DNA of 64,000 nt from an uncultured Clostridia bacterium (GCA_947623595.1 CANQHC010000006.1:1005-65004), one strand, 5' to 3'; shown: positions 1 to 10,734, counted from the stretch's first letter. The notes: generated from the letters alone by a model not told the origin. Made by a program: numbers and translations.

Positions 1-1192
1 CTATAATTTCATTTGAAAAATACATTTCATATTTTTTTACATTAATAGCAACTCCATTTTCATCTAATACAATTTTGCTTTCCGGTATATCTAAATTTAA
101 ACTTCCAGCTATATTTCTTCTTTCTTTTAAAATCCTTGCAAGTTCTTCCATTCTTTTAAAATGTTCTATATAATTTTTACATTCTTTTAATAATTTTTGT
201 TTTTCACTTTCGGAATATAGTTCTTCCCCATTAATATCTTTTTTCTGATTAACTTCATTTAATATTGCTTGCACTTCTTTATATGTCATTCTTCTAGTAA
301 CATTAATAATACTTTTTTTAATATCTGAAGAAACTACTTGTCCATTTTTATCAATTTCCATTAAAACTGTAATTGCAAATCTATCTTTTTGCTGATTTAA
401 ACTACAAATTCCATTTGATAATTCTTTTGGAAGCATTGGAATTACCCTATCTAGCATATATATGCTTGTTCCTCTTAAAATTGCCTCTTTGTCTAATTTA
501 GAGCCTTCTTTAACATAGTAACTCACATCTGCTATAGAAACATTTAATAAATAATTACCATTTTCTAATTCTTCTACTGCTACTGCATCATCTAAATCTT
601 TAGCATCTTCTCCATCAATAGTAAAAATTTCTTTTTCCCTTAAGTCCAGCCTATTAGGAATATCTTTTTTTGCAACTTCTTGCTTAATGGATTTTGCTTC
701 ATTTATTACAGGTTCAGGGAATTCATATGGCAGGTCATATTCTTTTACTAATGAAAGCATATCTACTCCAGCTTGATTTATATTTCCTAATACTTCAATA
801 ATTTTCCCTTCCATATGCTTTTTTCCCTGCTGATACTTTGTAATTTCTACTACGACTTTTTGTTTATTTTTTACTTTTTTTGAGTTTTTTTTTGAAACAT
901 AAATATCTGATCCAATTTTTCTATCATCAGGTATAACAAAACCGAAGTTTTTATTTTTTTCAAAAACTCCTACTATTTTGTTTTTTTCATGTTTTATAAT
1001 TTTAATAATTTTTCCTTCTGCATTCTCATTTTCTCTGGCATCATGTATTATTTTAACAATTACCTCGTCTCCATTCATCGCTTGATAAGTATTCTCTTTT
1101 GCTATATATATTTCGTCATCTTGATTTTCTTCTTTTACAAAACCAAATCCCTTCTGATTCCTTCTAAAAATTCCTGTAACTTCTCTTTTCAT
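1..1192 (-). CDS. rnr: Ribonuclease R, N-terminal ~397 codons (3' end lies beyond window start)
   Basis: Absent from the ORF track because there is no stop inside the window. Hand translation from the ATG at 1192-1190 gives MKREVTGIFRRNQKGFGFVKEE... (OB/cold-shock-like N-terminus), then ...FTIDGEDAKDLDDAVAV...YMLDRVIPMLPKELSNGICSLN (RNB exoribonuclease-type motifs). AAAGGAG lies just upstream. secG-rnr adjacency is common in Bacillota. Confidence 0.85.
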   Translation of the reverse strand, partial: MKREVTGIFRRNQKGFGFVKEENQDDEIYIAKENTYQAMNGDEVIVKIIHDARENENAEGKIIKIIKHEKNKIVGVFEKNKNFGFVIPDDRKIGSDIYVSKKNSKKVKNKQKVVVEITKYQQGKKHMEGKIIEVLGNINQAGVDMLSLVKEYDLPYEFPEPVINEAKSIKQEVAKKDIPNRLDLREKEIFTIDGEDAKDLDDAVAVEELENGNYLLNVSIADVSYYVKEGSKLDKEAILRGTSIYMLDRVIPMLPKELSNGICSLNQQKDRFAITVLMEIDKNGQVVSSDIKKSIINVTRRMTYKEVQAILNEVNQKKDINGEELYSESEKQKLLKECKNYIEHFKRMEELARILKERRNIAGSLNLDIPESKIVLDENGVAINVKKYEMYFSNEII

Positions 1193-1262
1193 ATTTCTCC
1201 TTTATTTAGGTAATTCTAATACCTATTTATATTATTTTAACCTGACAATATAAATTTTACTC

Positions 1263-1290
1263 AAAAAATGGCAGAAAAATAGTTTCTGCC
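1263..1290 (-). terminator. Rho-independent terminator downstream of secG
   Basis: Minus strand reads GGCAGAAA-CTAT-TTTCTGCC followed by ATTTTTTGA. A second CG-rich hairpin (ATCGCCG...CGGCGAT) lies at ~1304-1338. Confidence 0.7.
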
Positions 1291-1433
1291 AAGAAAATGT
1301 ATAATCGCCGGCATAAACTTAAAGATTACGACGGCGATTTATTTGTAAAACACTCAAAGTTTATACGAAATCTAAGATTCTTAGAATGTTATGTTTTATC
1401 CTAAGCATACATTAGCATTTTTACAACTTTGAT

Positions 1434-1682
1434 TTATACTAAATACAAAATTCCTAATACAATAGCTAACAAAGCAAACATAACTCCTAAGATAATTGTC
1501 CACTTTTTTAACTTTCCTTCCTTTGTTCTTCCTTTATTTTGCTCATAAAAATTATTGGTTGAAGAACCTGTAATTGTTCCTGAAGCTCCCTCTTTTTCTT
1601 TATGTTGTATTGTTGCTAATATGATTAATGCAACACATACAATGATATATATACCACATACAATATATTTTGCTATTTCCAT
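1434..1682 (-). CDS. secG: Preprotein translocase subunit SecG
   Basis: 82-aa ORF with two hydrophobic helices flanking a G/S/T/N-rich loop (GASGTITGSSTNNFYEQ). Size, topology and position upstream of rnr fit SecG. Confidence 0.75.
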   Translation of the reverse strand: MEIAKYIVCGIYIIVCVALIILATIQHKEKEGASGTITGSSTNNFYEQNKGRTKEGKLKKWTIILGVMFALLAIVLGILYLV

Positions 1683-1734
1683 TTTTACACTCTCCTATTT
1701 TTGCTTCTTATGAAACCCAATATTTTTAAGCAAA

Positions 1735-2259
1735 TTAAACTAGTTTTAAAATAACTACTTCTGCATTATCTCCTCTTCTTGGACCAGTCTTTAGAATTGT
1801 TGTATATCCTCCAACTCTTCCTTCATATCTAGGAGCAATATCATTAAATAATTTTGCTGTTAGGTCAATATTATTTCCTTTAGCATCTTTTACTTTATTT
1901 ATAGTTTTCATTATTTTTCTTCTAGCATTTAATCTAGATGGCATATCCTTTTGTCTTTTTTCAGTTGTTGTTTCTTTTACTACTTTTAGATATTCTTTTC
2001 CATTTTTACTTTTAACAAGTTCAGTAACTTTATTTCCTTTACTATCTAATTTTGCTTTTGAAACTTTTACATCTACCATTTCGAAATTGTCTTTTTCTTT
2101 TATAGCTAGAGCAATAATACTATCTACCATAGATTTTACTTCTTTTGCTCTTGCTTCTGTTGTTTCAATTTTTTCATGTAATATTAAATCAGTTGCTAGA
2201 GTTTTAAGCATTGCTAATCTAATATCTGTTGTTCTTCCTAATTTTCTAACTGTAGCCAA
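1735..2259 (-). CDS. rplQ: 50S ribosomal protein L17 (with ~55-aa internal insertion)
   Basis: [25 protein letters not shown]... and ...[25 protein letters not shown] are L17-like termini. TTG start follows GGAGGAG. Last gene of the alpha operon. Confidence 0.9.
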   Translation of the reverse strand: MATVRKLGRTTDIRLAMLKTLATDLILHEKIETTEARAKEVKSMVDSIIALAIKEKDNFEMVDVKVSKAKLDSKGNKVTELVKSKNGKEYLKVVKETTTEKRQKDMPSRLNARRKIMKTINKVKDAKGNNIDLTAKLFNDIAPRYEGRVGGYTTILKTGPRRGDNAEVVILKLV

Positions 2260-2288
2260 TTTATAGTCTCCTCCTTTTCTTCTCTATT

Positions 2289-3236
2289 TTACTCTTCTTC
2301 CTTAGCAAAATCTAAACCTAATGAATGTAATTTATTAACTACTTCATCTAAAGATTTCTTGCCAAGATTCCTTACTTTCATCATATCAGCTTCCGTTTTA
2401 TTGGTTAAATCTTCTACTGTAGAAATTCCTGCTCTCTTTAAGCAGTTAAATGATCTGACAGATAATTCTAGGTCTTCTATTGACATTTCTAAAACTTTTT
2501 CTTTCTTAGATTCTTCTTTTTCTACCATTACTTGTGTATTTTTTGTTGCCTCAGATAAGTCAATAAACAATTCTAAATGTCCTGTCATAACTTTTGCAGC
2601 TAAACTTAAAGCTTCGTCTGGTTTTAGTGAACCATTTGTCCAAACTTCTATTGTTAATTTATCATAATCTACCATTTGTCCAACTCTTGTATTTTCTACT
2701 GCATAATTTACTTTTCTTACAGGTGTATAAATAGAATCGATTGGAAGTACTCCTAAAACTTGTTCGGCTTTTTTATTTTTTTCAGCATTATTGTATCCTC
2801 TTCCTTTATTTGCTGTTAATTCCATAACTAAGTGTCCACCTTCTGAAACAGTTGCAATATGTAAATCTGGATTTAATATTTCTATTGTTCCATCAGTAAT
2901 AATATCACCTGCTTTTAATTCTCCTGGACCTTTAAAGTCAACTCTTAAAGTTTTTTCTTCAATATCCTCTTGTTTTAAACTAACATTTTTTAGATTTATT
3001 ATAATTTCAGGAACATCTTCTACTACATTTGGAATAGTAGCAAATTCATGTAATACACCGTCAATTTTTACACTTGTAATTGCACTTCCTGGAAGAGAAG
3101 ATAATAAAATTCTTCTTAAAGAATTGCCGATTGTAATTCCATATCCTCTTTCTAATGGCTCACATACAAATTTTGCATAATTTTTGTCTTCATCCATCTC
3201 TAAGCATTTAATGTTTGGCTTTTCGAATTCTATCAT
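2289..3236 (-). CDS. rpoA: DNA-directed RNA polymerase subunit alpha
   Basis: 315 aa. N-terminal domain has ...[14 protein letters not shown]...; C-terminal alpha-CTD has ...[16 protein letters not shown].... Lies between rpsD and rplQ. Confidence 0.97.
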   Translation of the reverse strand: MIEFEKPNIKCLEMDEDKNYAKFVCEPLERGYGITIGNSLRRILLSSLPGSAITSVKIDGVLHEFATIPNVVEDVPEIIINLKNVSLKQEDIEEKTLRVDFKGPGELKAGDIITDGTIEILNPDLHIATVSEGGHLVMELTANKGRGYNNAEKNKKAEQVLGVLPIDSIYTPVRKVNYAVENTRVGQMVDYDKLTIEVWTNGSLKPDEALSLAAKVMTGHLELFIDLSEATKNTQVMVEKEESKKEKVLEMSIEDLELSVRSFNCLKRAGISTVEDLTNKTEADMMKVRNLGKKSLDEVVNKLHSLGLDFAKEEE

Positions 3237-3293
3237 TTTTTACCTCCTAATAAAACATAGAAAAAAAATATTTCTATTCTAACAATTAATTTA

Positions 3294-3920
3294 TTATTTA
3301 GAGTAAAGCTCTACTATTAAATGTTCTTCAACTGGGATATCAACATCTTCTCTTGCTGGTAGTCTTACTACTTTACCATTTAAGTTTTGAGCATCTTTCT
3401 TTAGCCATTCTGGTACTGGTCTTGCAGCATTTGCTTCAACATTTAATTTTATAACATCATTATCTTTTCTAATTTCTCTTACACTAATTACATCACCATT
3501 TTTTACTAAATATGATGGAATATCTACTTTTTGTCCATTTACTTCAAATGCTCCATGTGTAATTAACATTCTTGCTTGTGCTCTAGAAGCACCATATCCT
3601 AAACGATATACAACATTATCTAATCTTGTCTCTAAAATTTGTAGTAATACTTCACCAGTTTTTCCACGGCTAGAAGAAGCCATATCAAAATATTTTCTAA
3701 ATTGTTTTTCACTTACACCATAAAAAGATTTTGTTTTTTGTTTTTCTCTAAGCTGTGTACCATATTCTGAAAGTTTCTTTCTTTTTTGACCATTTTGACC
3801 TGGTGCATAATTTCTTCTTGAGATACTGCATTTATCTGTATAACATCTTGATCCTTTTAAGAACAATTTTTGTCCTTCTCTACGACAAATACGACATTGT
3901 TCGTCTTTATATCTTGCCAT
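3294..3920 (-). CDS. rpsD: 30S ribosomal protein S4
   Basis: [31 protein letters not shown]... zinc-type S4 N-terminus plus an S4 RNA-binding domain. Operon position fits. Confidence 0.97.
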   Translation of the reverse strand: MARYKDEQCRICRREGQKLFLKGSRCYTDKCSISRRNYAPGQNGQKRKKLSEYGTQLREKQKTKSFYGVSEKQFRKYFDMASSSRGKTGEVLLQILETRLDNVVYRLGYGASRAQARMLITHGAFEVNGQKVDIPSYLVKNGDVISVREIRKDNDVIKLNVEANAARPVPEWLKKDAQNLNGKVVRLPAREDVDIPVEEHLIVELYSK

Positions 3921-3938
3921 TTTATTTTTTCACCATCC

Positions 3939-4340
3939 TTATACTCTTCTTCTTTTTGGTGGTCTACAACCATTATGTGGAATTGGAGTAACATCTTTTA
4001 TACTACTTATTTCCAATCCAGCTGCTTGTAATGACCTAATTGCTGCTTCACGACCAGATCCTGGTCCTCTTACAAATACTTCTACTGATTTCAATCCATG
4101 TTCCATTGCTGCTTTTGCTGCTGTTTCTGCTGCCTCTCCAGCTGCAAATGGAGTACTTTTTCTTGAACCTTTAAATCCAAGTCCACCAGCACTTGCCCAA
4201 GAAATTGCATTTCCTTGAACATCTGTAATTGTAACTATTGTATTATTAAAACTAGAATGAATATGTGCCATTCCTTTATCAATATTTTTTCTATCTCTTC
4301 TTCTAGTTACTGTTTTTTTCGTTACAGTTTTTGTTGCCAT
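3939..4340 (-). CDS. rpsK: 30S ribosomal protein S11
   Basis: ...[43 protein letters not shown]... is typical S11. Confidence 0.97.
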   Translation of the reverse strand: MATKTVTKKTVTRRRDRKNIDKGMAHIHSSFNNTIVTITDVQGNAISWASAGGLGFKGSRKSTPFAAGEAAETAAKAAMEHGLKSVEVFVRGPGSGREAAIRSLQAAGLEISSIKDVTPIPHNGCRPPKRRRV

Positions 4341-4361
4341 TTTTTTCTATTTCCTCCTTAC

Positions 4362-4730
4362 TTAGTCTTTCTTGCTTTTGCTGACTAATTTTCTAGGTCC
4401 TTTTCTTGTACGAGCATTAGTTTTTGTTCTTTGTCCTCTTACAGGAAGACCTCTTCTGTGTCTAATTCCTCTATAGCATCCTATTTCTGTTAGTCTTTTA
4501 ATATTTAATGCAACTTCTCTACGTAAGTCACCTTCAACGGTATAACCTTCCATAGCATTTCTGATTGCTTGTACTTGTTCATCTGTTAAATCTTTTACTC
4601 TAATATCTGGATTAACTTTTGCCTTTGCTAGAATTTTTTGAGCACTTGGTAAACCAATACCATAAATATAAGTTAAACCAATTTCTACTCTCTTTTCTCT
4701 AGGTAAATCAACTCCTGCTAAACGAGCCAT
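4362..4730 (-). CDS. rpsM: 30S ribosomal protein S13
   Basis: [26 protein letters not shown].... I place the start at the internal ATG (4730), 9 nt after GGAGGTG. The 6-codon extension in the ORF track begins inside the SD. Confidence 0.95.
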   Translation of the reverse strand: MARLAGVDLPREKRVEIGLTYIYGIGLPSAQKILAKAKVNPDIRVKDLTDEQVQAIRNAMEGYTVEGDLRREVALNIKRLTEIGCYRGIRHRRGLPVRGQRTKTNARTRKGPRKLVSKSKKD

Positions 4731-4948
4731 TTTTCTTTGCACCTCCATAGTTTTTTATTTTGCTAATTTTATTTGTAATTTTGCCTAATATTATTGGTGA
4801 AATGCATTGGTTTTTGACCAATCAATAATATTTTAGGCATATATATAAACACAAATCTGAATTATAAGCTTATGAAAACTTTTATTTTAAAAAACAAGTT
4901 TTCATAAACTTACAGCCGCTATTCTTAGACTTGTGTTATATTCTTGTT

Positions 4949-5062
4949 TTATCCTTGTCTTTGCTTATGTTTTGGGTTTTCACAGATTACTCTGATAACA
5001 CCTTTTCTTTTAATGACTTTGCATTTTTCGCATATAGGTTTTACTGATGGTCTTACTTTCAT
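4949..5062 (-). CDS. rpmJ: 50S ribosomal protein L36
   Basis: Too short for the ORF track. Hand translation: [37 protein letters not shown] (zinc-binding C-x2-C...C...H type). GAGGTG SD upstream. Lies between infA and rpsM. Confidence 0.92.
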   Translation of the reverse strand: MKVRPSVKPICEKCKVIKRKGVIRVICENPKHKQRQG

Positions 5063-5146
5063 TTTTTTCACCTCTTCTATTAGAACTATTTTTAACTAAT
5101 ATATTTTATAGTAAAACATTATTAATTAGCTTTTTCAATCATAATT

Positions 5147-5365
5147 TTACTTTGCTCTCCATGTTATACGACCTTTAGTTAGATCATATGGAGAAAGTTC
5201 AACTTTTACTTTATCTCCTGGAAGAATTTTTATATAATTCATTCTTAATTTTCCAGAAATATGAGCTAATATTTGATGTCCATTTTCTAATTCTACTTTG
5301 AAATTTGTATTAGGTAAAGCTTCTACAACTGTCCCTTCAACTTCAATAACATCCTCTTTTGACAT
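5147..5365 (-). CDS. infA: Translation initiation factor IF-1
   Basis: 72 aa, [53 protein letters not shown].. is canonical IF-1. Confidence 0.97.
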   Translation of the reverse strand: MSKEDVIEVEGTVVEALPNTNFKVELENGHQILAHISGKLRMNYIKILPGDKVKVELSPYDLTKGRITWRAK

Positions 5366-5480
5366 AATCTCCGAATGTTAGGTTATTCCTAACATATCTC
5401 CTTTCTTTTATCCGTTTTTTGGAAATTTAATTTCCATTTGCAACATAAACGCATAATATCTTATATAGTATACTTCAAAT

Positions 5481-6251
5481 TTATAATAATGTCAATATCT
5501 CCGGCTGTTTTTCTGTAATTAAAATTGTATTTTCATAATGAGCTGATAAGGATTCATCTTCTGTTACAATTGTCCAGCCATCATCTAATACACAAATTTT
5601 TGGCTTTCCTGCAATTACCATTGGTTCTATTGCAAGTGTCATACCTGGTTCTAGTCTTATTCCTCTACCTGCTTTTCCATAATTAGGGATCCCTGGATCT
5701 TCATGCATTTCTTCACCAATACCATGACCTTGAAATTCTTTTACTACATTATAACCATTTTTTTGAACATATTCTCCAATAGCATGAGAAATATCCCCAA
5801 TTCGGTTACCTTTAACAGCATAAGAAATTCCTTCAAAAAATGCTTGCCTTGTAACATCAACTAATTTTTGCTTTTCTGGTGACGCATTTCCAACAATATA
5901 GGTTCTAGCAGCATCTCCATTAAAACCATTTTTATAAACTACTAAATCTACACTTACAACATCTCCATTTTTAATTACTCTTCTATTAGATGGTATGCCA
6001 TGTATAATTTCATCATTTATAGAAACACATAAAGTAGCTGGGAAATTTGGTACTCCCTTTTGTCCACTAGGATAACCTTTCTGAGCTGGGATTCCACCAT
6101 TTTCTTTTATAATGTTTTCTGCAAATTTGTCTAAATCCATTGTAGTAATTCCAGGCCTTATATATTTTTCAATTTCTTGATAAACTAACGCTGTAACTTT
6201 ACATGCCTCTCGCATTTTTTCAATTTCTTTTTGAGATTTGATTGTTACCAT
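5481..6251 (-). CDS. map: Methionine aminopeptidase type I
   Basis: MVTIKSQKEIEKMREA...; metal-ligand context ..DLVVYKNGFNGDAARTY.. and ..GHGIGEEMHEDP... Start moved to the ATG at 6251 (AGAGGA SD), because the 28 upstream codons are hydrophobic junk. Confidence 0.93.
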   Translation of the reverse strand: MVTIKSQKEIEKMREACKVTALVYQEIEKYIRPGITTMDLDKFAENIIKENGGIPAQKGYPSGQKGVPNFPATLCVSINDEIIHGIPSNRRVIKNGDVVSVDLVVYKNGFNGDAARTYIVGNASPEKQKLVDVTRQAFFEGISYAVKGNRIGDISHAIGEYVQKNGYNVVKEFQGHGIGEEMHEDPGIPNYGKAGRGIRLEPGMTLAIEPMVIAGKPKICVLDDGWTIVTEDESLSAHYENTILITEKQPEILTLL

Positions 6252-6435
6252 TATTATTTCAATCCTCTTATCTATTATTAAAATCAAAAATATATAAACA
6301 TTATCTAAGTATTTTTTATTAATAAAAACATACAAAAAATACTTAGATACTTATTTTTGTAGCAGCAATCTTAAACATCAATTGATAATTTTAATATTTT
6401 TGATTTTTAATTTTATTATTTGTTTGATTTAATAT

Positions 6436-7101
6436 TTATTTTTCCATTAAGCTCATGATTTTTTCAACAACTTGTTCTGAAGCATTGTCTGCAATTGGAT
6501 TTTCTGGTTCAATTGAAATCAAAACTTCTTTTTCTTTATAGTATGAAAGTAGATCTTGTACATTTTTTCTATATACTTCTAATCTATTTTGAATAGCTTC
6601 TTCATTGTCATCTGTTCTAATTACCAACTCAGAACCACAAATATCACAAACACCTGCTTTTTTTGGTGGTTTATATTTTGTATTATATATTGCACCACAT
6701 TCTTTATTAGAGCAAGTTGCTCTATTTAAAATTCTATCTATTATTATCTTGTCTTCAATTATTAATTCTGGAACTATATCTACCTTTTTTCCTTGCTCTT
6801 TTAATATTTCGTCTAAAGCTTTTGCCTGTTCAAGTGTTCTTGGAAATCCATCTAAAATAACTCCATTTTTAGCATCTTCCCAAGTTAATCTATCTTTTAC
6901 AATATTAATAGTTACTTCATCTGGTACTAGCTCTCCTTTTGATATATAACTATTTGCTAATTTTCCAAGTTCAGTTTCCCTTTTTATTTGCTCTCTAAAC
7001 ATATCTCCTGTTGAAATGTGAGGAAGATTTGTTTTTTGTGCTAATATTTTAGCTGCTGTTCCTTTTCCGCTACCTGGGGCACCCAACATAACAATATTCA
7101 T
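6436..7101 (-). CDS. adk: Adenylate kinase (Zn-lid type)
   Basis: MNIVMLGAPGSGKGT P-loop; lid CSNKECGAIY...VCDICGSEL. Start at the internal ATG after AAAGGAG. Confidence 0.95.
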   Translation of the reverse strand: MNIVMLGAPGSGKGTAAKILAQKTNLPHISTGDMFREQIKRETELGKLANSYISKGELVPDEVTINIVKDRLTWEDAKNGVILDGFPRTLEQAKALDEILKEQGKKVDIVPELIIEDKIIIDRILNRATCSNKECGAIYNTKYKPPKKAGVCDICGSELVIRTDDNEEAIQNRLEVYRKNVQDLLSYYKEKEVLISIEPENPIADNASEQVVEKIMSLMEK

Positions 7102-7254
7102 GCTTTTTATTTCTCCTTTCACGCATTTTGGACGGAACTAGCATTTTCTATACTTAGTCCGTCCTAACCTGCTTTTTATTAATTTTACGTTATTTATATT
7201 GAAAAATAATTACACCATAACGTTTGTTATTTTATTAAACACTAATTGAACCTT

Positions 7255-8583
7255 TTAGTCCAAAAATCCTTTATAATGTCTCATTACAAGTAGAGATTCT
7301 AGTTGTTGTACCATCTCTAATGCAACACCTACTACGATTAGTATAGAAGTTCCTCCAAAAGCTAAATCTATATTTGGAATAAATCTAACTAGCATTGGTA
7401 AAATAGCAATTACTGCTAAGAACAATCCCCCAAACCATAGTAATTTTGACATTACAGCAGATAAATATTCTGTTGTTGGTTTTCCTGCTCTAATTCCAGG
7501 AATAAATCCGCCATTTCTCTTAATATTATTAGATACTTCTGCTGGATTAAATGTTGCATAAGTATAGAAAAATGTAAATCCTAGAATTAACAATAAATAT
7601 ACAATTGCGTTTGCAACTGTGTATCCCCATCCAATTCCTTGTGATGTTGAAGTTGCAATAGAAAAATTATAAATTACATTCCAGAAGCCAGTTTGACCAG
7701 CTATATCTGGTATAAACATTTGAATGATCATTGCTGGGAAAGTCATAAATGATGATGCAAAAATTATTGGCATAACACCTGCCATTGCTAGTTTAAGAGG
7801 AATATGTGTACTTTGTCCTCCCATTAACTTTCTTCCAACTACCTTCTTTGCATATTGCACTGGAATTCTTCTTTCAGCTTGTTGTACAAATACAACTCCT
7901 GCTATTAAAAGAATTGCTCCTATAATAATTCCTAAAGAGGAAAGTAAACCTGTTGTGCTGAATACTCCTCCTCCTATAATTAAGTTCCATATCATTGTAA
8001 CAGCTCTTGGTAATCCAGAAACTATACCAACAAAGATAATCATAGAAATACCATTTCCGATTCCTTTGTTTGTAATTTCATCACCTAACCACATTAAAAG
8101 TGATGTTCCTGCTATGAAAGAAATAACTATTAAAAGTGCTGTTAAAAAGCTATCATTAACGAAAATTCCAGAAGATTTATATCCTAAATATAATCCTATA
8201 CCTTGTATCAACGCTAAAAATATTGTTAATATTTTAGTATATTTGTTAATTCTATTTCTTCCTTCTTCTCCACCTTCCTTCATTAATCTTTCTAATGAAG
8301 GGATAACAAATCCTAATAATTGAATTACGATAGATGAAGTAATGTATGGAGTAATTGATAATGCAAAAATTGAAAATCTAGAAAAAGCTCCTCCTGAAAT
8401 TAAATTAATTAATCCAGTTATTCCATTACTTGAATTACTCATCGTTTCAGTTAAAGTTACTGTATTAACACCTGGAATTGTAATATAACATCCTAATCTA
8501 AAGATTACTATTAAAAGTAATGTATATAAAATTCTTTTTCTAACATCCGGTGTTTTCAATGCATTTATAATTGTCTTAAACAT
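7255..8583 (-). CDS. secY: Preprotein translocase subunit SecY
   Basis: 442-aa polytopic protein; N-terminus ..PDVRKRILYTLLLIVIFRLG..; spc-operon position. Confidence 0.97.
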   Translation of the reverse strand: MFKTIINALKTPDVRKRILYTLLLIVIFRLGCYITIPGVNTVTLTETMSNSSNGITGLINLISGGAFSRFSIFALSITPYITSSIVIQLLGFVIPSLERLMKEGGEEGRNRINKYTKILTIFLALIQGIGLYLGYKSSGIFVNDSFLTALLIVISFIAGTSLLMWLGDEITNKGIGNGISMIIFVGIVSGLPRAVTMIWNLIIGGGVFSTTGLLSSLGIIIGAILLIAGVVFVQQAERRIPVQYAKKVVGRKLMGGQSTHIPLKLAMAGVMPIIFASSFMTFPAMIIQMFIPDIAGQTGFWNVIYNFSIATSTSQGIGWGYTVANAIVYLLLILGFTFFYTYATFNPAEVSNNIKRNGGFIPGIRAGKPTTEYLSAVMSKLLWFGGLFLAVIAILPMLVRFIPNIDLAFGGTSILIVVGVALEMVQQLESLLVMRHYKGFLD

Positions 8584-9017
8584 TAAATCACCTCAGCCTT
8601 TCCTCCTAAAGCTTCAATTTTTTCTTTTGCAGCTTTAGTAAATTTTATTGCTTTGACATTTACTTTTTTCTCTAGTTTTCCTGTTGCAATAATAACTATT
8701 CCGTCATTTATTTTACGAATAATTCCATCTTTTACTAAACTTTCAGCAGTAACATTCTCATTAGTTGCTTTATTAAGCATTGTAAGAGTTACTTCTGTAT
8801 AATTGTTAGCATGAATGTTTGTAAATCCTCTTTTTGGTAATCTTCTATATAAAGGAGTTTGACCACCTTCGAAACCTCTTCTTACTCCTCCGCCAGTTCT
8901 TGCTTTTTGTCCCTTATGTCCTTTTCCAGAAGTTTTTCCAAGTCCAGAACCAACTCCACGACCAACTCTTGTTCTTGTTTTTGATTTTTGTGCTGGTTTT
9001 ATTTCGTCTAATTTCAT
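8583..9017 (-). CDS. rplO: 50S ribosomal protein L15
   Basis: [40 protein letters not shown].. is typical L15. Confidence 0.95.
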   Translation of the reverse strand: MKLDEIKPAQKSKTRTRVGRGVGSGLGKTSGKGHKGQKARTGGGVRRGFEGGQTPLYRRLPKRGFTNIHANNYTEVTLTMLNKATNENVTAESLVKDGIIRKINDGIVIIATGKLEKKVNVKAIKFTKAAKEKIEALGGKAEVI

Positions 9018-9105
9018 TTTGCGATTACACCTCCTATTTTTTATTTATCATATTCTTTTTTGTTTTTATCAGTATATCACTTTTTTAGAAAATAGGTCTA
9101 TTTTT

Positions 9106-9597
9106 TTATAAAATATCTTCAACTTTTTTTCCTCTTTTATGAGCTACCTGTTCAATTGTTCTCATATTTTTTAATCCTTCAATTGTAGCATAAACTACAT
9201 TTCTAGGATTATTTGTTCCTATTACTTTAGTTCTGATATCTTTATATCCTGCAAGCTCTAATACTGGTCTTACACTACCACCAGCAATAACTCCAGTACC
9301 TTCTGCAGCTGGTTTTAACATAACACTTGCACTTCCAAATCTACCAACAAATTCATGAGGAATTGTTGTTCCTACAATAGGAACTTCTACTAAGTTCTTT
9401 TTAGCTTCTTGAATTGCTTTTTTTATTGCATCTGGAACTTCAGCAGCTTTACCATTTCCTACACCAATATGACCATTTTCATCTCCTACAACAACAACTG
9501 CGCTAAATCTAAAGGTTCTACCACCTTTAACAACTTTTGCTACTCTGTTAATTGCAACTACTTTTTCTTTTAATTCTGATGTATTTTCTGATTGCAC
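9106..9597 (-). CDS. rpsE: 30S ribosomal protein S5
   Basis: ..[38 protein letters not shown]... Start assigned to the GTG at 9597, 9 nt after AAAGGAGGG. The 39 upstream codons of the track ORF are not S5-like and run through a hairpin-containing spacer. Confidence 0.9.
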   Translation of the reverse strand: MQSENTSELKEKVVAINRVAKVVKGGRTFRFSAVVVVGDENGHIGVGNGKAAEVPDAIKKAIQEAKKNLVEVPIVGTTIPHEFVGRFGSASVMLKPAAEGTGVIAGGSVRPVLELAGYKDIRTKVIGTNNPRNVVYATIEGLKNMRTIEQVAHKRGKKVEDIL

Positions 9598-9762
9598 TTT
9601 ACTTTTCCCTCCTTTTAAGCTATATGAGCTAATATTTTTAGTTTTTGTCCATATTAGGGGACAAATTTTAAATCTATTTTTATTCACTAGGGCTAAAATA
9701 TGTCCCCTACCCATTGTGAATTTAATCTAATTTTCATCTTTACATTATTCTAAAGAACTTTA

Positions 9763-10122
9763 TTAGAATTTTAATCCGCCTTCTCTTGCAGATTCTGCTA
9801 ATTCTTTTACTACGCCATGATATATGTATCCGCCTCTATCAAATACAACTTCTTTAATATTCTTGGCTATAGCTCTTTTGGCAATTAATGCTCCAACTTC
9901 TTTAGCTGCTTCTTTGTTGCTGTGCTTTGTTTTTACTTCTTTATCTAATGTTGAAGCCTGTACTAAAGTATTTGCATTTACATCATCTATAATTTGTACA
10001 TAAAGATTACTATTGCTTCTAAATACGCATAGTCTTGGACGTTCTGCTGTACCAGAAATTTTGTTACGTACTCTCTCATGTCTTCTTTCTCTTTCAGCTT
10101 TTCTGTCTATTTTCTTTATCAT
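9763..10122 (-). CDS. rplR: 50S ribosomal protein L18
   Basis: ..[34 protein letters not shown].. ..[28 protein letters not shown]. Confidence 0.95.
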   Translation of the reverse strand: MIKKIDRKAERERRHERVRNKISGTAERPRLCVFRSNSNLYVQIIDDVNANTLVQASTLDKEVKTKHSNKEAAKEVGALIAKRAIAKNIKEVVFDRGGYIYHGVVKELAESAREGGLKF

Positions 10123-10194
10123 TTTTTTCTCCTTTCTACTAATGTAACAGCATTAGTAATTTTATAATGTAAATAATTTATTTCTAATTAAATT

Positions 10195-10734
10195 TTATTT
10201 TTTACCAGACTTACCTTCCTTACGTCTAATATGCTCTGTTACATATTTAATACCTTTTCCTCTATATACTTCTGGTGGTCTCTTTGTTCTAACAACTGCT
10301 GCTGTTTGACCAACTAATTCTTTATCTATTCCTCTAACAGTAATATGGTTAGCATCAACTAAATCAAATGTAATTCCTTCTGGAGGATCCATCTCAACTG
10401 CATGAGAATATCCTAAATTCATTACTAGTGTATTTCCTTTTTTCTGAGCTCTATAACCAACACCATTAATTTCTAAGTCTTTTTTAAATTCATGAACAAC
10501 GCCTTCAATCATATTATTAATTAAAGTTCTTGTTAATCCATGTAAGCTTTTATTTATGCTCTCATCATTTGGTCTTGTTACAGTAATTGTATTTCCATCT
10601 ATTTTTACAGTCATATTCTTGTTAATTTCTTTTTCTAATGTTCCTTTTGGTCCTTTTACAGTAATTAGATTGTCTTTTACTGTAACATCTACGCCTTCAG
10701 GTACTGTAATAGGTTTATTTCCTATTCTTGACAT
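10195..10734 (-). CDS. rplF: 50S ribosomal protein L6
   Basis: MSRIGNKPITVPEGVDVTVKDNLITVKGPKGTL.. is typical L6. Confidence 0.95.
   Translation of the reverse strand: MSRIGNKPITVPEGVDVTVKDNLITVKGPKGTLEKEINKNMTVKIDGNTITVTRPNDESINKSLHGLTRTLINNMIEGVVHEFKKDLEINGVGYRAQKKGNTLVMNLGYSHAVEMDPPEGITFDLVDANHITVRGIDKELVGQTAAVVRTKRPPEVYRGKGIKYVTEHIRRKEGKSGKK

Noticed and set aside
989-1213. 74-aa plus-strand ORF.
   Set aside because: It lies antisense to the clearly recognisable RNase R N-terminus, and the translation is hydrophobic junk.
9018-9105. A hidden rpmD (L30) gene between rpsE and rplO.
   Set aside because: The gap is only 88 nt and has no start/SD-bearing ORF. The gene is truly absent at this position.
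9598-9714. N-terminal extension of S5. Similar extensions occur for S13 (4731-4748), map (6252-6335), adk (7102-7122), L24, L29, spoVG, the CpaB-like gene (37438-37533), the MBL gene (48659-48670), and 28864-29004.
   Set aside because: The extensions are not homologous to the protein families. They start inside or upstream of strong SD sequences that are correctly spaced for internal starts, and some overlap neighbouring genes.
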